From assembly GCF_902459465.1 (NCBI RefSeq), contig NC_047081.1:5456001-5520000 (forward strand): a DNA stretch of 64,000 nucleotides, given 5' to 3'. The notes under the pieces are model-generated. The model ran no database searches, was not told where the DNA came from, and worked only from the letters and a program-made list of their open reading frames with translations. Below are positions 1 to 12,261 of this stretch, piece by piece. The DNA is from Asterias rubens (Eukaryota). Every line of letters begins with the position of its first letter. Within the stretch, counting starts at the first letter, position 1. Position numbers and translations under genes: made by a program.

Positions 1-115
1 CACGGAAGAAAGGTAATATTTTGGAGCAAAATCCGTTTAGAGTTGGCACCTACATTGTAACACGCAGCTCCATTTTTTCAGAGCATGCATTCATTCTAAA
101 GAAAATTATGACAAA

Positions 116-375
116 CTGAATAAAACACGCCTTAAAATATTAAACATGGGGACCTTAATTTTTTATTTTAAACCTTGCGGCATCTACACCTCTTTTGTTA
201 CCCCCCCCCCCTCACAAACACACAACTTTCTTTGTAGTTTGGAAAACCTGAATAAAAATGGCTTAAAAGTTTATGCATTGGGACATTAATTTTATTTTAA
301 ACCTCGCAGCATCTACACCTCTTTTGTTACCCCCCCTTGCCCCCAACACACTACTTTTTTTGTAGTTCAGAAAAG
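116..375 (+). repeat. Diverged tandem duplication, about 132-bp period
   Basis: ctgaataaaa...gcatctacacctcttttgttacccccc...tttgtagtt occurs from 116 and again from 248. Confidence 0.7.
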
Positions 376-1754
376 GAAGTTCACCAGGAAATAAATTTCG
401 TTTTTTTTTCAAACAGAGTATACATTATGCTTAATAAAAATATCTTCCAGGTTATGTTAAGGCGTCAACATTTGCATTAGAATCTCCAAGTGATAGACCC
501 GACTTTTGTGTTTGAGTTTTTAACATCAAACGAGTCATACACATGGATTTAAACAGAGTGGAAGCAGTAAATGTTAGTTAAGCATTGGATTCAAACACAC
601 AGAATCAAAGACACACATTCCTTTGTAAGACTGATTATGTGAAATGCTATTGAATCAGGGTGAAGTCCAACACTCTCACTGAGGAGAGCACTGAATGTTT
701 TGGGGCACAGGTTTTCAGAGCTATAACACTAATAGTAATAATAATAATAATACGCAAACAAATAGGCGGGCAACAGAAACTCACTTGCAATTTAAATAAG
801 CTTGTGTAGACTACACAACATGAACTGTGCAAGATTTATTTGAAGAAAAATTATGTTTACAGGTAGAATTACCCTGGACGAAATAAAGGTACAATTCTAA
901 AGTATAAGTTTAAGATTTCACACAGTGATCATCAAAATAAACTCAAGTTTAGAACAGCAAGTAATAAACCACGAGGGAAACTGACCATGTTGAATGGTAT
1001 AAATTCAAACGAAATTGGGGTAGCAGAGCAAGGTTTTCAGGAGCGACGCTATGTCGTATGCTAAAATTATTTCATCGACTTGACTGAGACAAACATTTAT
1101 TTTTGTGACACTGTTCGACTCATTTCTTAAACACTGAAACATCTCAGCAAGTAATACTTTATCAAGGGAAGCTTAACTATCATTATCCTTAAACTGTTGA
1201 AGTTAAGTGTAAATCTGTGGACAATGTGTTTTTTGTCTTCTAAAAGTATCAAAACCTAAGGTGACAGTGCAGTGGCTGATGCATAATTGTAATGCTGATG
1301 TCTGTGGACAAGTAAAGATCGTATTATAACGGGAAACTGTCTGGTTCATCAAAGTCTGCAGCAGAAATACTGTACTGTAGCTCTGTAGGTAGATCTCAGC
1401 ATGTTTAGAATTTTGTTGTTGATGATTGAAACTTTCTATAGGTGTTTAGGCATTCCCCCAGATCATCTCCTATAGACTGCAAGTTTCGCGCTCACTGGAG
1501 CAAGAAAACACCACTTATTTTTTATGGAATCAAATCTTTGCTTTAAATTATTCTTTATGCCGAATCTAGACGACGACAAAAATCATTACAGCTTGTTTTT
1601 GTTTTAGCTTTTAAAAGACCAGCAATAAACGACCAGAAGTGAAGGTCAAAGTCAGGTTGTGTCAGTGCAGGTTGTGCGGATTTTCCAGACCTATCATTAT
1701 AAAAAAAATTTTGAGAATATCTTATATTCTTTATTGCTGATGCAATGATCTGTT

Positions 1755-2018
1755 ATCATTGCGGTACCCGCTGCCAAAACATAGGATTCGAACTGCCTCT
1801 GCTACAGGGCAATCTCGATAGATTAGTTGTTTAAGACACTGCTCTAGAATTGCAAGGGTCGTTGGTTTGAATCCCACCCGAGTAACATGCCTGTGATATT
1901 TTTTTCACAGGACTTTGGAAGGCACTGAGTATACAGTGCTAACACACATCGATGTATGGGTAAAAACCAAAACTAATATTCTTTATCCCCGACGCAATTG
2001 TTACATCTCTTATATCGT
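1755..2018 (+). mobile_element. tRNA-derived SINE-like repeat, copy 1
   Basis: Degenerate A box and B-box-like ggtttgaatccc; highly similar to 53209-53519. Confidence 0.7.
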
Positions 2019-3844
2019 ATATAGATCTGTAATATGAAAATGCATCAAAAGGGAAAAAATTTTAACCTAAAAGCTAAATAATTAACATCTTTCAAAGCAT
2101 TTCACAGGCACTTCTGGTTAAGACAGGTCAAAAGGTCAAGAAAAGGTCATTTTTACATTGACTCTCCCTATGCACTACCAATTGGGGAAATACAGAGTTC
2201 TTGATTATTAATATTTTAAATTTTCAACTTCTGGGTTGAACCGTAAGACATTTAAGGTCAAATTGGGGGTATGTCAATGACTTAAAGGGGCAAAAAAATA
2301 ACTAATCATGTAATGAAGTTGTTTTCCATTACTAGCATAGTATTCTGTTTTTATTAATTTTTTAATATATTTTGAATGGTCTGTTCTTATAAGACAAGCA
2401 ATCTTCTTCAGCATTGCAAAACTATCGAATGTGATTGATAGCCTTGTTTTTTTCTTTACATGTACATTAAATTTACTTTTTTGTTTGGGGGGGGGGTGTT
2501 TGCTGGCCTCTTTTTGAGTATTGAAATGTGTGATCACATTTTAAATCATTTTAGACTACATTTTAAAGTACCGTACATTGTTTTTTTCTTCTTCATATTT
2601 TATAGTAGGGATCACATTTTAAGGTGTTTGGTTTGCGCAATCTTCAGGCTTCTGTTTGATTTGTGATACAAAGTCTTTTTATCTGTCTTTCATGATTAGG
2701 CACAGTTATTAAATAAATAACGTCCATGTGAACTACAAAAAGTAAAAGCACAGTACTAAATAAATTATAAAAAGAAGTACTCACATGGTAACAAATAATT
2801 ACAGGGGTAAATAGTGAACAAATATAAAGACATTGTTAATGCATTTACAATGGTTCTTGAGAGGGACACAAGATGCATTTATATACAAACTGAAAAGTTA
2901 TACAATGCACAAAATATCGTGTGTCAGTTATTTTCTTTTGACAAACAAAATTTTATGATTCTAGAGAGCTCAAGATTACAATTTTTGATGTTTTGGTTTT
3001 ATTGTTTTTTTATATTCAAATTTTAATTCTTAGAAAAATGAGATGATCCTACACAAAACAAATTTCACTGCTCAGGTTATGTGTGTATACGTTTTTGAAA
3101 CCGTTTGTTATTTGTGTGTAGAGTTTTACATCTTTCATTTTAATTCTCAATTTTACTTAAAAAAGAAACTAATGAAAAAATTGCTAATTGTCTCGGTAAA
3201 AAACAAGCAATTGCATCTTTTGTAGTATTGTACATTGTAGTTACATGTACATACCTACATTGTTTTGGAAAAGGTCAAAACTGCAAGCTTTAGACAGTGC
3301 TGTTCTTTTTTTATTATAATTTTCAGGCACTGTGTGAGGTTAACACTAGTTATAAAGAGCTCTGTGGTATGCATCGAGGTAGGCCTACGTATACACGTAG
3401 TATGCATTGAGGTATAAAGGCTTATTACGCACTTGTACCTGAATTTCTGAACTAATAACTGCATGACGTGCAGTAGATTTGAATGAACCTTGGCCCCAAA
3501 ATGACTTGTATACATTCCATTCAGCTACACTTACATGTACATGGTACATACTTGTACATTAAATGTTTGGATGCTTCATAATCAAATAGGGTGCATATTT
3601 CATATGCGTGTAGTAAGGCTGCAGTATAAATGTAATGTACATGTATTCAATTCAGTTCAATTCAACGCAAATTTATTTTTCATGTTGACAAGGACAATTA
3701 AACATACAGTTGAAAACAAATAACAATATGTTATTTTGAAAAGAGATGGATACCACATAATTCAACATGCTGGGACAAAGTTTTGTTTTGCTTTTGTACA
3801 TTTCCCTTTGACAGACAAGGACTTGGACACGAAAAGGATAAAAC

Positions 3845-4780
3845 CAGGGGCGTCAATCCGTCTTGAAAGGTGGGGGGGGGGGAGGGGGGGGGGGACATAA
3901 CATTTACGGCGGGGGAATTTTTTTAGCCCGTAGATCATATGCTCTCTGGTGCAATCTAGTGAATCTGAGGGGTGATGTTCCCCCCTCTCAGATGTTGGAA
4001 TTTAATGCCTTTTTCAAACTACGATGCACCTATTCTTGCTATCATGGTTATTGTACCTTAAAAGCAACTCATTTATAGCGTTGTTATACCCATATTGTTT
4101 CTGCATTCTAATGCTCAGATGGCGTTTCATCCCTTTCATCACCAGACCTAAGAAATATGTTTTATGGGGCAAATCTGTCAGAACTTCTGTAAAATGTGAG
4201 CAGCAGTAGAACCTTTTGGGTTGACAGCATCTTCAAGTGCGGATCTATGAACCAAGTTTTAGGGGGAAAATCTGTCGAAGAGTGAGCTCATGAGTGCAAA
4301 ACCTTTACGGCATGGGTCCGATTTTCATGATAAAGGTGGTCAAAGGACACAGGGAACATTTGATACTGTGTCCCCCACCCTTCAAAAATGGGGTGAGTGG
4401 TGTTGGGTACACGTCCCTTCAACTCTTGCAAGGGGAGGTGCAAATCTGTCACGATAGAGCATGCATCCAAGAAGCCGTTATGGCATGGGGTGCGGGCCCG
4501 ATTAAGGGCCCGGGAAAATTTTACATTTAGATGCTCTGTGATGCAATCTGGGCCAATTTTGAGGGGGATATTGTGTCATCCTTTGCCCACAGGATTAATG
4601 CCCATATAGGGACACAGGGTTTCATCTTACATTGTGCAAAACTTGGGATTCATGATAAAGGTGGTCAAAAAGGTGGGGGGGGGGGGGGGGACATTTGATA
4701 TTGTGTCCCCCACCCTCCAAAAGGTGGGGGGGGGGACATGTCCCCCTGCCCCCCCCCCCCCCCTCTGATTGACGCCCATG
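3845..4780. mobile_element. Non-autonomous hAT-type element, 936 bp
   Basis: TIRs caggggcgtcaatc / gattgacgcccatg (13 of 14). Perfect 8-bp TSD GATAAAAC at 3837-3844 and 4781-4788. G/C homopolymer-rich interior, no ORF. Confidence 0.85.
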
Positions 4781-6865
4781 GATAAAACAATGACATGGAC
4801 CAGATTGGTCAGTATAAATAATTATCAAAACAACAGTATTTGTACATTTAGTGTATTAAAGAGGTGTCGTTTCAGTTTGTTAGAGAATGACATGAGTGAA
4901 CAAGCCTTTTTAATATCAGAGTTGAGCAAACTAGGATATGCATGTTACAGCATTTCGACACCTTGTTTTTGACAACAAACTTAAGTCTAGTTTTAGTACT
5001 TCTTCTTCTGCTAAGAAGTCACTGCTCCCTTGTCCGCGAACAAAAGCACCCTCCTAAAGCTCATATGAACTTCACACAACGTTAGCTATCTATTAGGAGA
5101 TGAAACCGTTTCAGTTAATACGTCACCAGGTGTCAAGTTACAAGGTTTTAGAGACGATTAGAGGTTTTACAACGATTAGAGACCTTGGGTTGCTTTTGGC
5201 GGAATTTTACAACATTATACAACCTTGTGTGACATCTACTTCCTTATAATTTAATACTGGCAATATATTTTTGGAGATGTTTTCAATGGTGTTATAGTCT
5301 GGCAAAGGTCTAGCTTAAAAAAGAAGAAGAAGCTGTGTCTGAAGTGGTGGCTATGGCTGCGGCTACGACCGTTGCCAGGTGTGTTGCTAAGGGCGTCCTA
5401 TACTTCAATGCATGACGACGCGGCGATCCAGCCTGTCTGTAGCCGTAGCCTTAGCTGCCAATTCGGATACGGCCTAAGATTGATGATGTCACTAAATTTA
5501 AGGGCGCCCTCTAGCAGCAGATTAAAAACATTTCAAAATACACTTTTACTAGATGTCCGTGGCAGAGTTTATGATACATCTTTTGGTGACAGTTTTTATT
5601 CTTTTGTTTTAACCTTGACAGCCCCTGTACAACTTGTAACTATTGTGCATGTCTAAAGATTTGAAATAAATAAAATGAATAAAATACATAATTGGGCCGA
5701 ATTCATAAAAAATAGCAATTGCTTATACAAGCACAGGCACTAAACAAAAGCAAAAGTTCATAGGCAGAAGCTGAAGCAAAAGCAATTGATTAAATTTGTA
5801 TACAGGTACATAACTTTTTGCTTTTACAAATTGCTTTTCCTCAAGGTAGCCCAGCAATTGCTTGTAGTTTCTTGTAAGCGCTATTCATGTGCAATGAAAC
5901 ATGCGTAAATGTGGAGCTTAATAGACGCAGTTTTGTAAAGGCTGCATAGAGTTGTGATCAAAAGGTTGTCAAATGTGATCAAAAAGAGAGTGCAGCTTTG
6001 GTCAAAATCATCTAAAAACATCCTGTGCTACAACTTATGAGAAATCTCAACCACCGAGTAGCAAGGAAATAGAAGGCATCTCAGGGTGCCAAAGCAACAA
6101 CCTTCGACCGTCAAGGGTTACGATCATCAATAAATCCAAAACTATAGCAAAGGCAAACAAGTGTTTAAATGGTGCTTTTACACCTAGAAGAAAAATGTCA
6201 GTTAGAAACAAAAAATGTCGGGCATTAGGCCTAATGAGCCAATTTCAAATCAAGGGATAGGCCTAATGCAACTGTGTGCATTTAAGTGATAGTGAATCAA
6301 GTCAGACAAATCCAACCTCACATAAAGCTGGGCTCATATTACTCCTAGAAGTATGTGCGTTCCGCTATCGTTTGTTCCGAAACGAACCTTGTAGTTCTAG
6401 TTGAAGTAGTCTCATACTTCCTTCGAATGCAAATGCAAAGTGGATTTTGGTGAGGCAATATGTAGTTTGTAAGGGCTGCCCTTCAAAAAGTGTGACACAA
6501 GAAAATTGATGAAATAGCAGGAAGAAGGATCCCTGCATAACAACAAGTTTTGAGTTAAGGTTTGTTCAGAGCAAATTAAGTGTTCACAAACTATACAGAT
6601 TCAATCAATATAATCAAGATTCTCTACACTCGCCACTTTGTGACAGTTACCCAATGACTTTTATCAGTGGCAAACGCTTGGTTGTATCATGGTGTTGCTC
6701 TAGTTTATTCATGGAGGAAGGAAACCCACATTCTGCTGAACAGAAGCACCAGAGCTTGAGTTTGGTGATCTTACGTGTACGTATGTATGTTAAACTTTAA
6801 AAGTTTCCACGAAGTACAAATTCCTGGTTGATATTGACTTTTTTTCATCTTTAAATCTGTTACAG

Positions 6866-7033
6866 GATCCTCGATTCAATTGTGAAATTGATCTGCAAAC
6901 AGGGTACAAAACAAGAAGTATGCTGTCTATGCCCATCAAAGCCCCTCTAGGGGAGGTGATAGGTGTGGCGCAGGTCATTAACAAGATTGGCAGTAAAGAT
7001 CGGCATGAAGCTTTCACAGATAGTGATGAAAAG
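6866..7033 (+). CDS. Exon of a GAF-domain cyclic nucleotide phosphodiesterase (PDE5/PDE11 type), GAF-A C-terminal part
   Basis: tacag|GAT acceptor and AAG|gtaatt donor; 168 nt, phase 0-0. Translates [56 protein letters not shown], with the GAF signature D.RFN..D..TGY.T...L.MPI and the NK...F...DE motif. PDE5 versus PDE11 orthology cannot be resolved by eye. Confidence 0.93.
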
Positions 7034-7485
7034 GTAATTTAATTGTTACATTTATGTACATTGTGAAAGATTGAACAACTGTGTTCGTATTCAGAAAATA
7101 ATTTTGGCGTGTTGTGGCCAAGTGGTTGAGTGCACTGGACTTAATTATAATAATAATAGGGTCTTTCTACAGTAAAGGGTAATTGAAGCTTTGTGCTCCA
7201 TTTGTCTGTCAAAATGTTACGTGGGTAATTTCCAGCATGGATGTACTAACAATTTTTTAAAACTTCTACATGTTTGAAGTGTAGGCCTTACCAAACCTAC
7301 TTACAGGGCAAAATTTCATGGTTCTCAAAAGTCTGCGCTCACGATCACCATTTTCCGCTTACTGTGCAAGCGCGGAATATAATGTGCAAGCTTGGAAGCA
7401 CACAAACAAAAGAAATCCCTGCTAAGCAGTCTATTTTGCTTGACGTTAGCGCATAATTCACTCCTTCTGCAAGTTCCCATCATGA

Positions 7486-8382
7486 TAGGCCTGGGTGACA
7501 AGTGAAATTTACTACTCGACTAGTCGCACCTCAAACCTAACTACGACACTTGTCGAGATAAAATACGGATTCTCAAGATTTGTGCCGCTATGTGCCGCAA
7601 GGGCAATATTAATTATGTTGCGAATGGGTGACTAGTGAAATTTACTACTCGACTAGTCTCACCTCAAACCTAACTCTGACACTTGGCGAGATAAAATACA
7701 AATTCTCAAGATTTGTGCCGCTATGTGCCGCAAGGGCAATATTAATTATGTTGCGAATATTAGTAAGCAACACAACTGGTTCACCAAACAGGTAGTCGGG
7801 ACAAATATTTTAGTCAATGTGTGGACACGATTATGAGTAGAGAAAAACAGTAGTCGCGACTCAAATAATAGAGAGGTTTCGCAGAGTCACAGATACTCTT
7901 ACGTGAACGGATACGTCATAATACGTCATCACTTGTTGAGGTCCATGTGACGTATAACTGTTGTACACAAGTTAGAATAGTCGCTCAAAACGGGAATCTG
8001 TCGCCATACACGTAAGTAAACAACGAGTATATTTTGTTCATGTTTTTGTAGCGGATTGTTATTTTTTAATGTACCAGGTTTTCACCATGTCTATTATAGG
8101 TATCATACATGGATGTAGTTGGACATGTTGTTACCCACCATGCTTCAGAAAAAGAGAAATGGCGACCCCCATGGGCGCAGCCATTTGCTTAATAGCTCCC
8201 TCTGGAGCCTCAAGTTTAGGGTATTCGTTAGAATTTTGCGAAACAAAACTACACAGCTCACTTGACGCGAACGCGTACGGTTCAATATCTGTATACGTAT
8301 TCGAATCCGCGACTCTGCGAAACCTCTCTAAAAATTTGTAGTCGCGACTTTAACACTAAAGCACACTAGACGCCCCGGCCTA
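7486..8382. mobile_element. MITE with TAGGCCTGGG-type termini (hAT-like), containing a 133-bp tandem duplication and a nested MITE
   Basis: Ends taggcctgggtgacaagt / actagacgccccggccta. Units 7493-7625 and 7626-7758 are duplicated. Paralog at 22444-22749. No TSD found. Confidence 0.65.
7869..8330. mobile_element. MITE with 20-bp perfect TIRs
   Basis: tagagaggtttcgcagagtc ... gactctgcgaaacctctcta; absent from the paralogous host copy near 22690. Confidence 0.8.
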
Positions 8383-8426
8383 CAAACGCTATGGGATTAA
8401 GGGAGAAACAAAGAATAATAACAATA

Positions 8427-9575
8427 ACTAGACATTAAGTGTTTGTGAACAAACACGAAGCTGTTACGTGTTGTTTTGCTTACATTATGTGCTTCTTTGG
8501 CCCAAGGAATCTATCACTGAAAAAAGGTTTCAAAAAAGTTGTGTAGCTCTTGATATAAGGTCACACTTCCCTGTTGACCCGTAAGTAAAGTTCAACATGG
8601 GCTCACAGCTACCAAAGACTAATCTGCAACGCCCAAGGAGTTTATCACGGAAAAAGTAAAAAAATCGGTTGTTACAGATCTTGATATATAGTCCCACTTC
8701 CGGTTGACCCAGAAGTAGAGGTCAACGTGAGGTCACAATTTTCCAAAGTTAATATTTATTGCCCAAGAGTCTTTAACTGAAGTTTGAACATTGGCTGTGT
8801 ACTTTTTGAGATATGGTCCCACTTCCGGTTGACCCGGTAGTAAAGGTCATCATGGGGTCAAAGTTGTATCAAACTAATCTTAAAGGCAGTGGACACTATT
8901 GGTAATTACTCAAAATAATTATTAGCATAAAACCTTTCTTGGTGACGAGTAATAGGGAGAGGTTGAAATGGCTCCCTCTGAAGTGCCATAGTTTTCGAGA
9001 AAGAAGTAATTTTTCACGAATTTGATTTAGAGACCTCAGATTTAGAACTTAAGGTCTCGAAATCAACCATCTAAACGCACACAACTTCGTGTGCAAGGGT
9101 GTTTTTTCTTTCATTAATATCTCGCAAGTTCGATAACCGATTGAGCTCAAATTTTCACAGGTTTGTTTTTTTATGCATATGTTGAGATACACCAACTGTG
9201 AAGGCTAATCTTTGACAATTACCAATAGTGTCCACTGCCTTTAAATGCCCAAGGAGTCTATAACTGAAAACAAAATTAAAATTTGTTGTGTAGTTCTTGA
9301 GATATGGTCTCACTTCCGGTTGACCCGGAAGTAGAGGTCAAAATTGGGTCACGGTTTTTCCTCAAAAATTGTAATGCCTAAGGAGTCTCTAACTGAAGAA
9401 ATTTGTTTAATCGGTTGTGTAACTCTTGAGATATGGTCCCACTTCTGGATGTCGGGGTCACGATTACCCAAGACAAATCTGTCATGCCTAAGGAGTCTAT
9501 TGCTGAAAAAAAACTTTGAAATCGGCCGTATACATTACTTCTTGAGAAATAGTGCTGCAAAAAAAAATCATTAAA
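8427..9575 (+). repeat. Helentron/HINE-like element carrying a roughly 125-130 bp tandem array (array A)
   Basis: Head actagacattaagtgtttgtgaacaaacac with hairpin, in an AAT-rich site; repeated monomer gatatggtcccacttccggttgacccggaagtagaggtcaa. Interrupted by a Kolobok-type MITE at TTAA. Confidence 0.6.
8884..9240. mobile_element. Kolobok-type MITE (AGGCAGT family)
   Basis: TTAA at 8880-8883 and 9241-9244; TIRs aggcagtggacactattggtaatt / aattaccaatagtgtccactgcct. TTAA TSD with AGG termini matches Kolobok/T2-type MITEs. Confidence 0.8.
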
Positions 9576-10369
9576 GCTTCTAATTACCATATTAATTGAC
9601 ACGTGATGACGTCACAGTATCAAAATTGTGTTTTTCATACTAATAAATTTCATAAGGTACACGATGGTATGTAATGTAACTTATCCCAATCCAGTGCCTT
9701 TTCAAAAACCCTATTAGAATGACGTTCTTTTTAACGAAATTCCTAAACGTACGTAGGAAACGTAAGTAGGCCTATTGGTTGTGTACAAATCCAATGGAGT
9801 GTGTACAGAGTAATAAGTCCTGAACGCGGTTAGAAAATAAATAAAAAAGATGCCAACTTCAGGACAGCGTCGTAGACTCCCCACAAGTAAGTCCTCAACC
9901 CAAGAGTCCTCACTGTGTTGCCAGAACTATAGAAAAGGTGAAACAATGTCATGAATAGTGTCAAGTAAAGTGACTACATGTACATCCACAAGTACTATGT
10001 TGTACCCATTCGGCCAAGATTTTAATTTATTCGTTAATCATAGACGTATCATGATAGCTTTTAAGGGACTGAAACATATGTTATTAGGATCAGTGTATTT
10101 TTAAACACAGACTATCAAATTTAGGAAACGAACAGATAAATTATTTTGAAGTTATTGTGTTTTTGACCATTTTAATGTTGACATTTGAAGAACCATTGTG
10201 TTTGTGCACAGACACAAAATGTGCAATACCTGATGTCATGGTGACGTCGTCAAAGATTTTATGCCGGCTATCACCTTAACCGGACCCAACTAGTATAGCT
10301 GAAAAAAGTTTCAGGATCGGTGGTGTATATTTTGAGATATGGTGTTAACTAGGTTTGCTAATTAAACTA

Positions 10370-10511
10370 TACCACACGGCACACAACAGTACTTGATACG
10401 AGGTATCAACGAGGTTACAAAACATTGTAACCTCGTGGAGTAACCTCGTTGATACATCAAAAGCCGTGCTTCGACCCCGCGGAATCATGTACTGATATGT
10501 GCCGTGTGGTA
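10370..10511. mobile_element. Small hairpin-rich MITE, about 142 bp
   Basis: taccacacggcaca-caa-cagtac versus gtactg-ata-tgtgccgtgtggta; internal inverted aacgaggttac / gtaacctcgtt. Confidence 0.6.
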
Positions 10512-11404
10512 GTATCTATGCATTTCGTGAAGTCAGAGCGGGCCGGTGCTTGCGTAAAGAGCCGGCCTTGGACAAGGCTAATTTCAAGGCAGTTTTCACA
10601 AAGCTGTGATTGCGCAATCATGGCACAATTTGCCAACTAGCCATTTTGTGTCGTAATTTCCACATAAAACCAATAGTTGTGAAAGTAAAAGCTGGACTAG
10701 TTTTGAGATGTGCCCCCTTTCATCATATCAAAAGTTGAAAATAATTAGACAGTGCAATCTCCATATATAAGATTTTATGTTTTTTTCCATTGAGGTGTGT
10801 ACAAATCGTGCCTGTAGGTGTCTAGGCTCTTTGGTTCTTTTGATGTCAAAGGTCACACCCTCTATAAACCCGCTTTAGAACACGGCCCAGCTTGATGCTT
10901 TCAACCAACTCTGTGCATACAATCGCCATTCTCAGCTTCCTGTGCAAGCTCTGAAAGTGAAATATTTGCGCAGGCTTCGAATCAATGATTACGATGAGTT
11001 TCCCTGCGCACATGCAAAAATATCCCTTCCAAGCAATGAAATGCACTTTAGGGAGGACCTTGTATTCTAACAAGCGGTAATACCTTGTTGTACCGCGGTG
11101 TACACGAGGTATTGAGCTGAAGGTATTACTTGGCTGTAATGAAATTATCTTCGGGTCAATGCACACCACTGCATTTCGTCACACGCATATTCATGACCGA
11201 ACCCAGGCTGGCCAGTCAAGGTAGAGGCACAAAGGGACCAATTTATATGACCTTAATCCCCACTAATCTGGGAGTAATCTAACAAAAGGGTGATAACACC
11301 TCGTTTAGCAGCCCCTGAGTTTGAAAATAACACCCAGTTGCAATAGTTGTTGCCCATGTCCTGCCTGTTATCCCTGTTCTGAAAAATTTTCAGTCTCATA
11401 ATAT

Positions 11405-12108
11405 TATTTTCCTCGTCCTGGGTTATTTCCCCCTCCCAGGTTTATTTCCCTTAATATTTTTCCGTCCCGGGTTGTTTCCCCGTCCCAGGTTTATTTCCCT
11501 TAATATTTCTCCGTCCCGGGTGGTTCCCCGTCCCAGGTTTATTTCCCCTAATATTTCTCCGTCCCGGGTTGTTTCCTCGTCCCAGGTTTATTTCCCCTAA
11601 TATTTCTCCGTCCCGGGTTGTTTCCCCGTCCCAGGTTTATTTCCCGTAATATTTCTCCGTCCCGGGTTGTTTCCCCGTCCCAGGTTTATTTCCCCTAATA
11701 TTTCTCCGTCCCGGGTTGTTTCCTCGTCCCAGGTTTATTTCCCCTAATATTTCTCCGTCCCGGGTTGTTTCCTCGTCCCAGGTTTATTTCCCTTAATATT
11801 TCTCCGTCCCGGGTTGTTTCCCCGTCCCAGGTTTATTTCCCGTAATATTTCTCCGTCCCGGGTTGTTTCCCCGTCCCAGGTTTATTTCCCTTAATATTTC
11901 CCCGTCCCGGGTGGTTCCCTGTCCCAGGTTTATTTCCCTTAATATTTCCCCGTCCCAGGTTTATTTCCCTTAATATTTCCCCGTCCCGGGTTGTTTCCCC
12001 GTCCCAGGTTTGTTTCCCTTAATATTTCTCCGTCCCGGGTTGTTTCCCCGTCCCAGGTTTATGTCCCTTAATATTTCTCCGTCCGGGGTTGTTTCCTCGT
12101 CCCAGGTT
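11405..12108. repeat. 49-bp minisatellite, about 14 units, subterminal in the Zator element
   Basis: Unit gtcccgggttgtttcc(c/t)cgtcccaggtttatttccc(c/t/g)taatatttctcc; period 49 (e.g. 11561 to 11610). No unique spacers. Confidence 0.95.
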
Positions 12109-12261
12109 TTCTTGAATGCAGTAATATTTCCAATATAATCCAATAAATTCAAACAATTATCATTTCTTCTCAGTATCATTACTTCTCTGTAATGCCTTAC
12201 AACTTTATTTATTCTTAGCCAAGTCAGATACCAAAATATCATCACATATTCCTTGCTTTCA

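Noticed and set aside
7105-7140. tRNA gene (A box TGGCCAAGTGG)
   Set aside because: No B box or cloverleaf follows; a truncated SINE head. The minus-strand tRNA-like piece near 20475-20560 and copies at 1755 and 53209 are likewise SINE-derived.
11405-12108. CRISPR-like array
   Set aside because: Contiguous 49-bp units with no unique spacers, no cas genes, and a eukaryotic intron context.
11970-12245. 91-aa ORF
   Set aside because: Its C-terminal half is translated minisatellite; no domain recognised.
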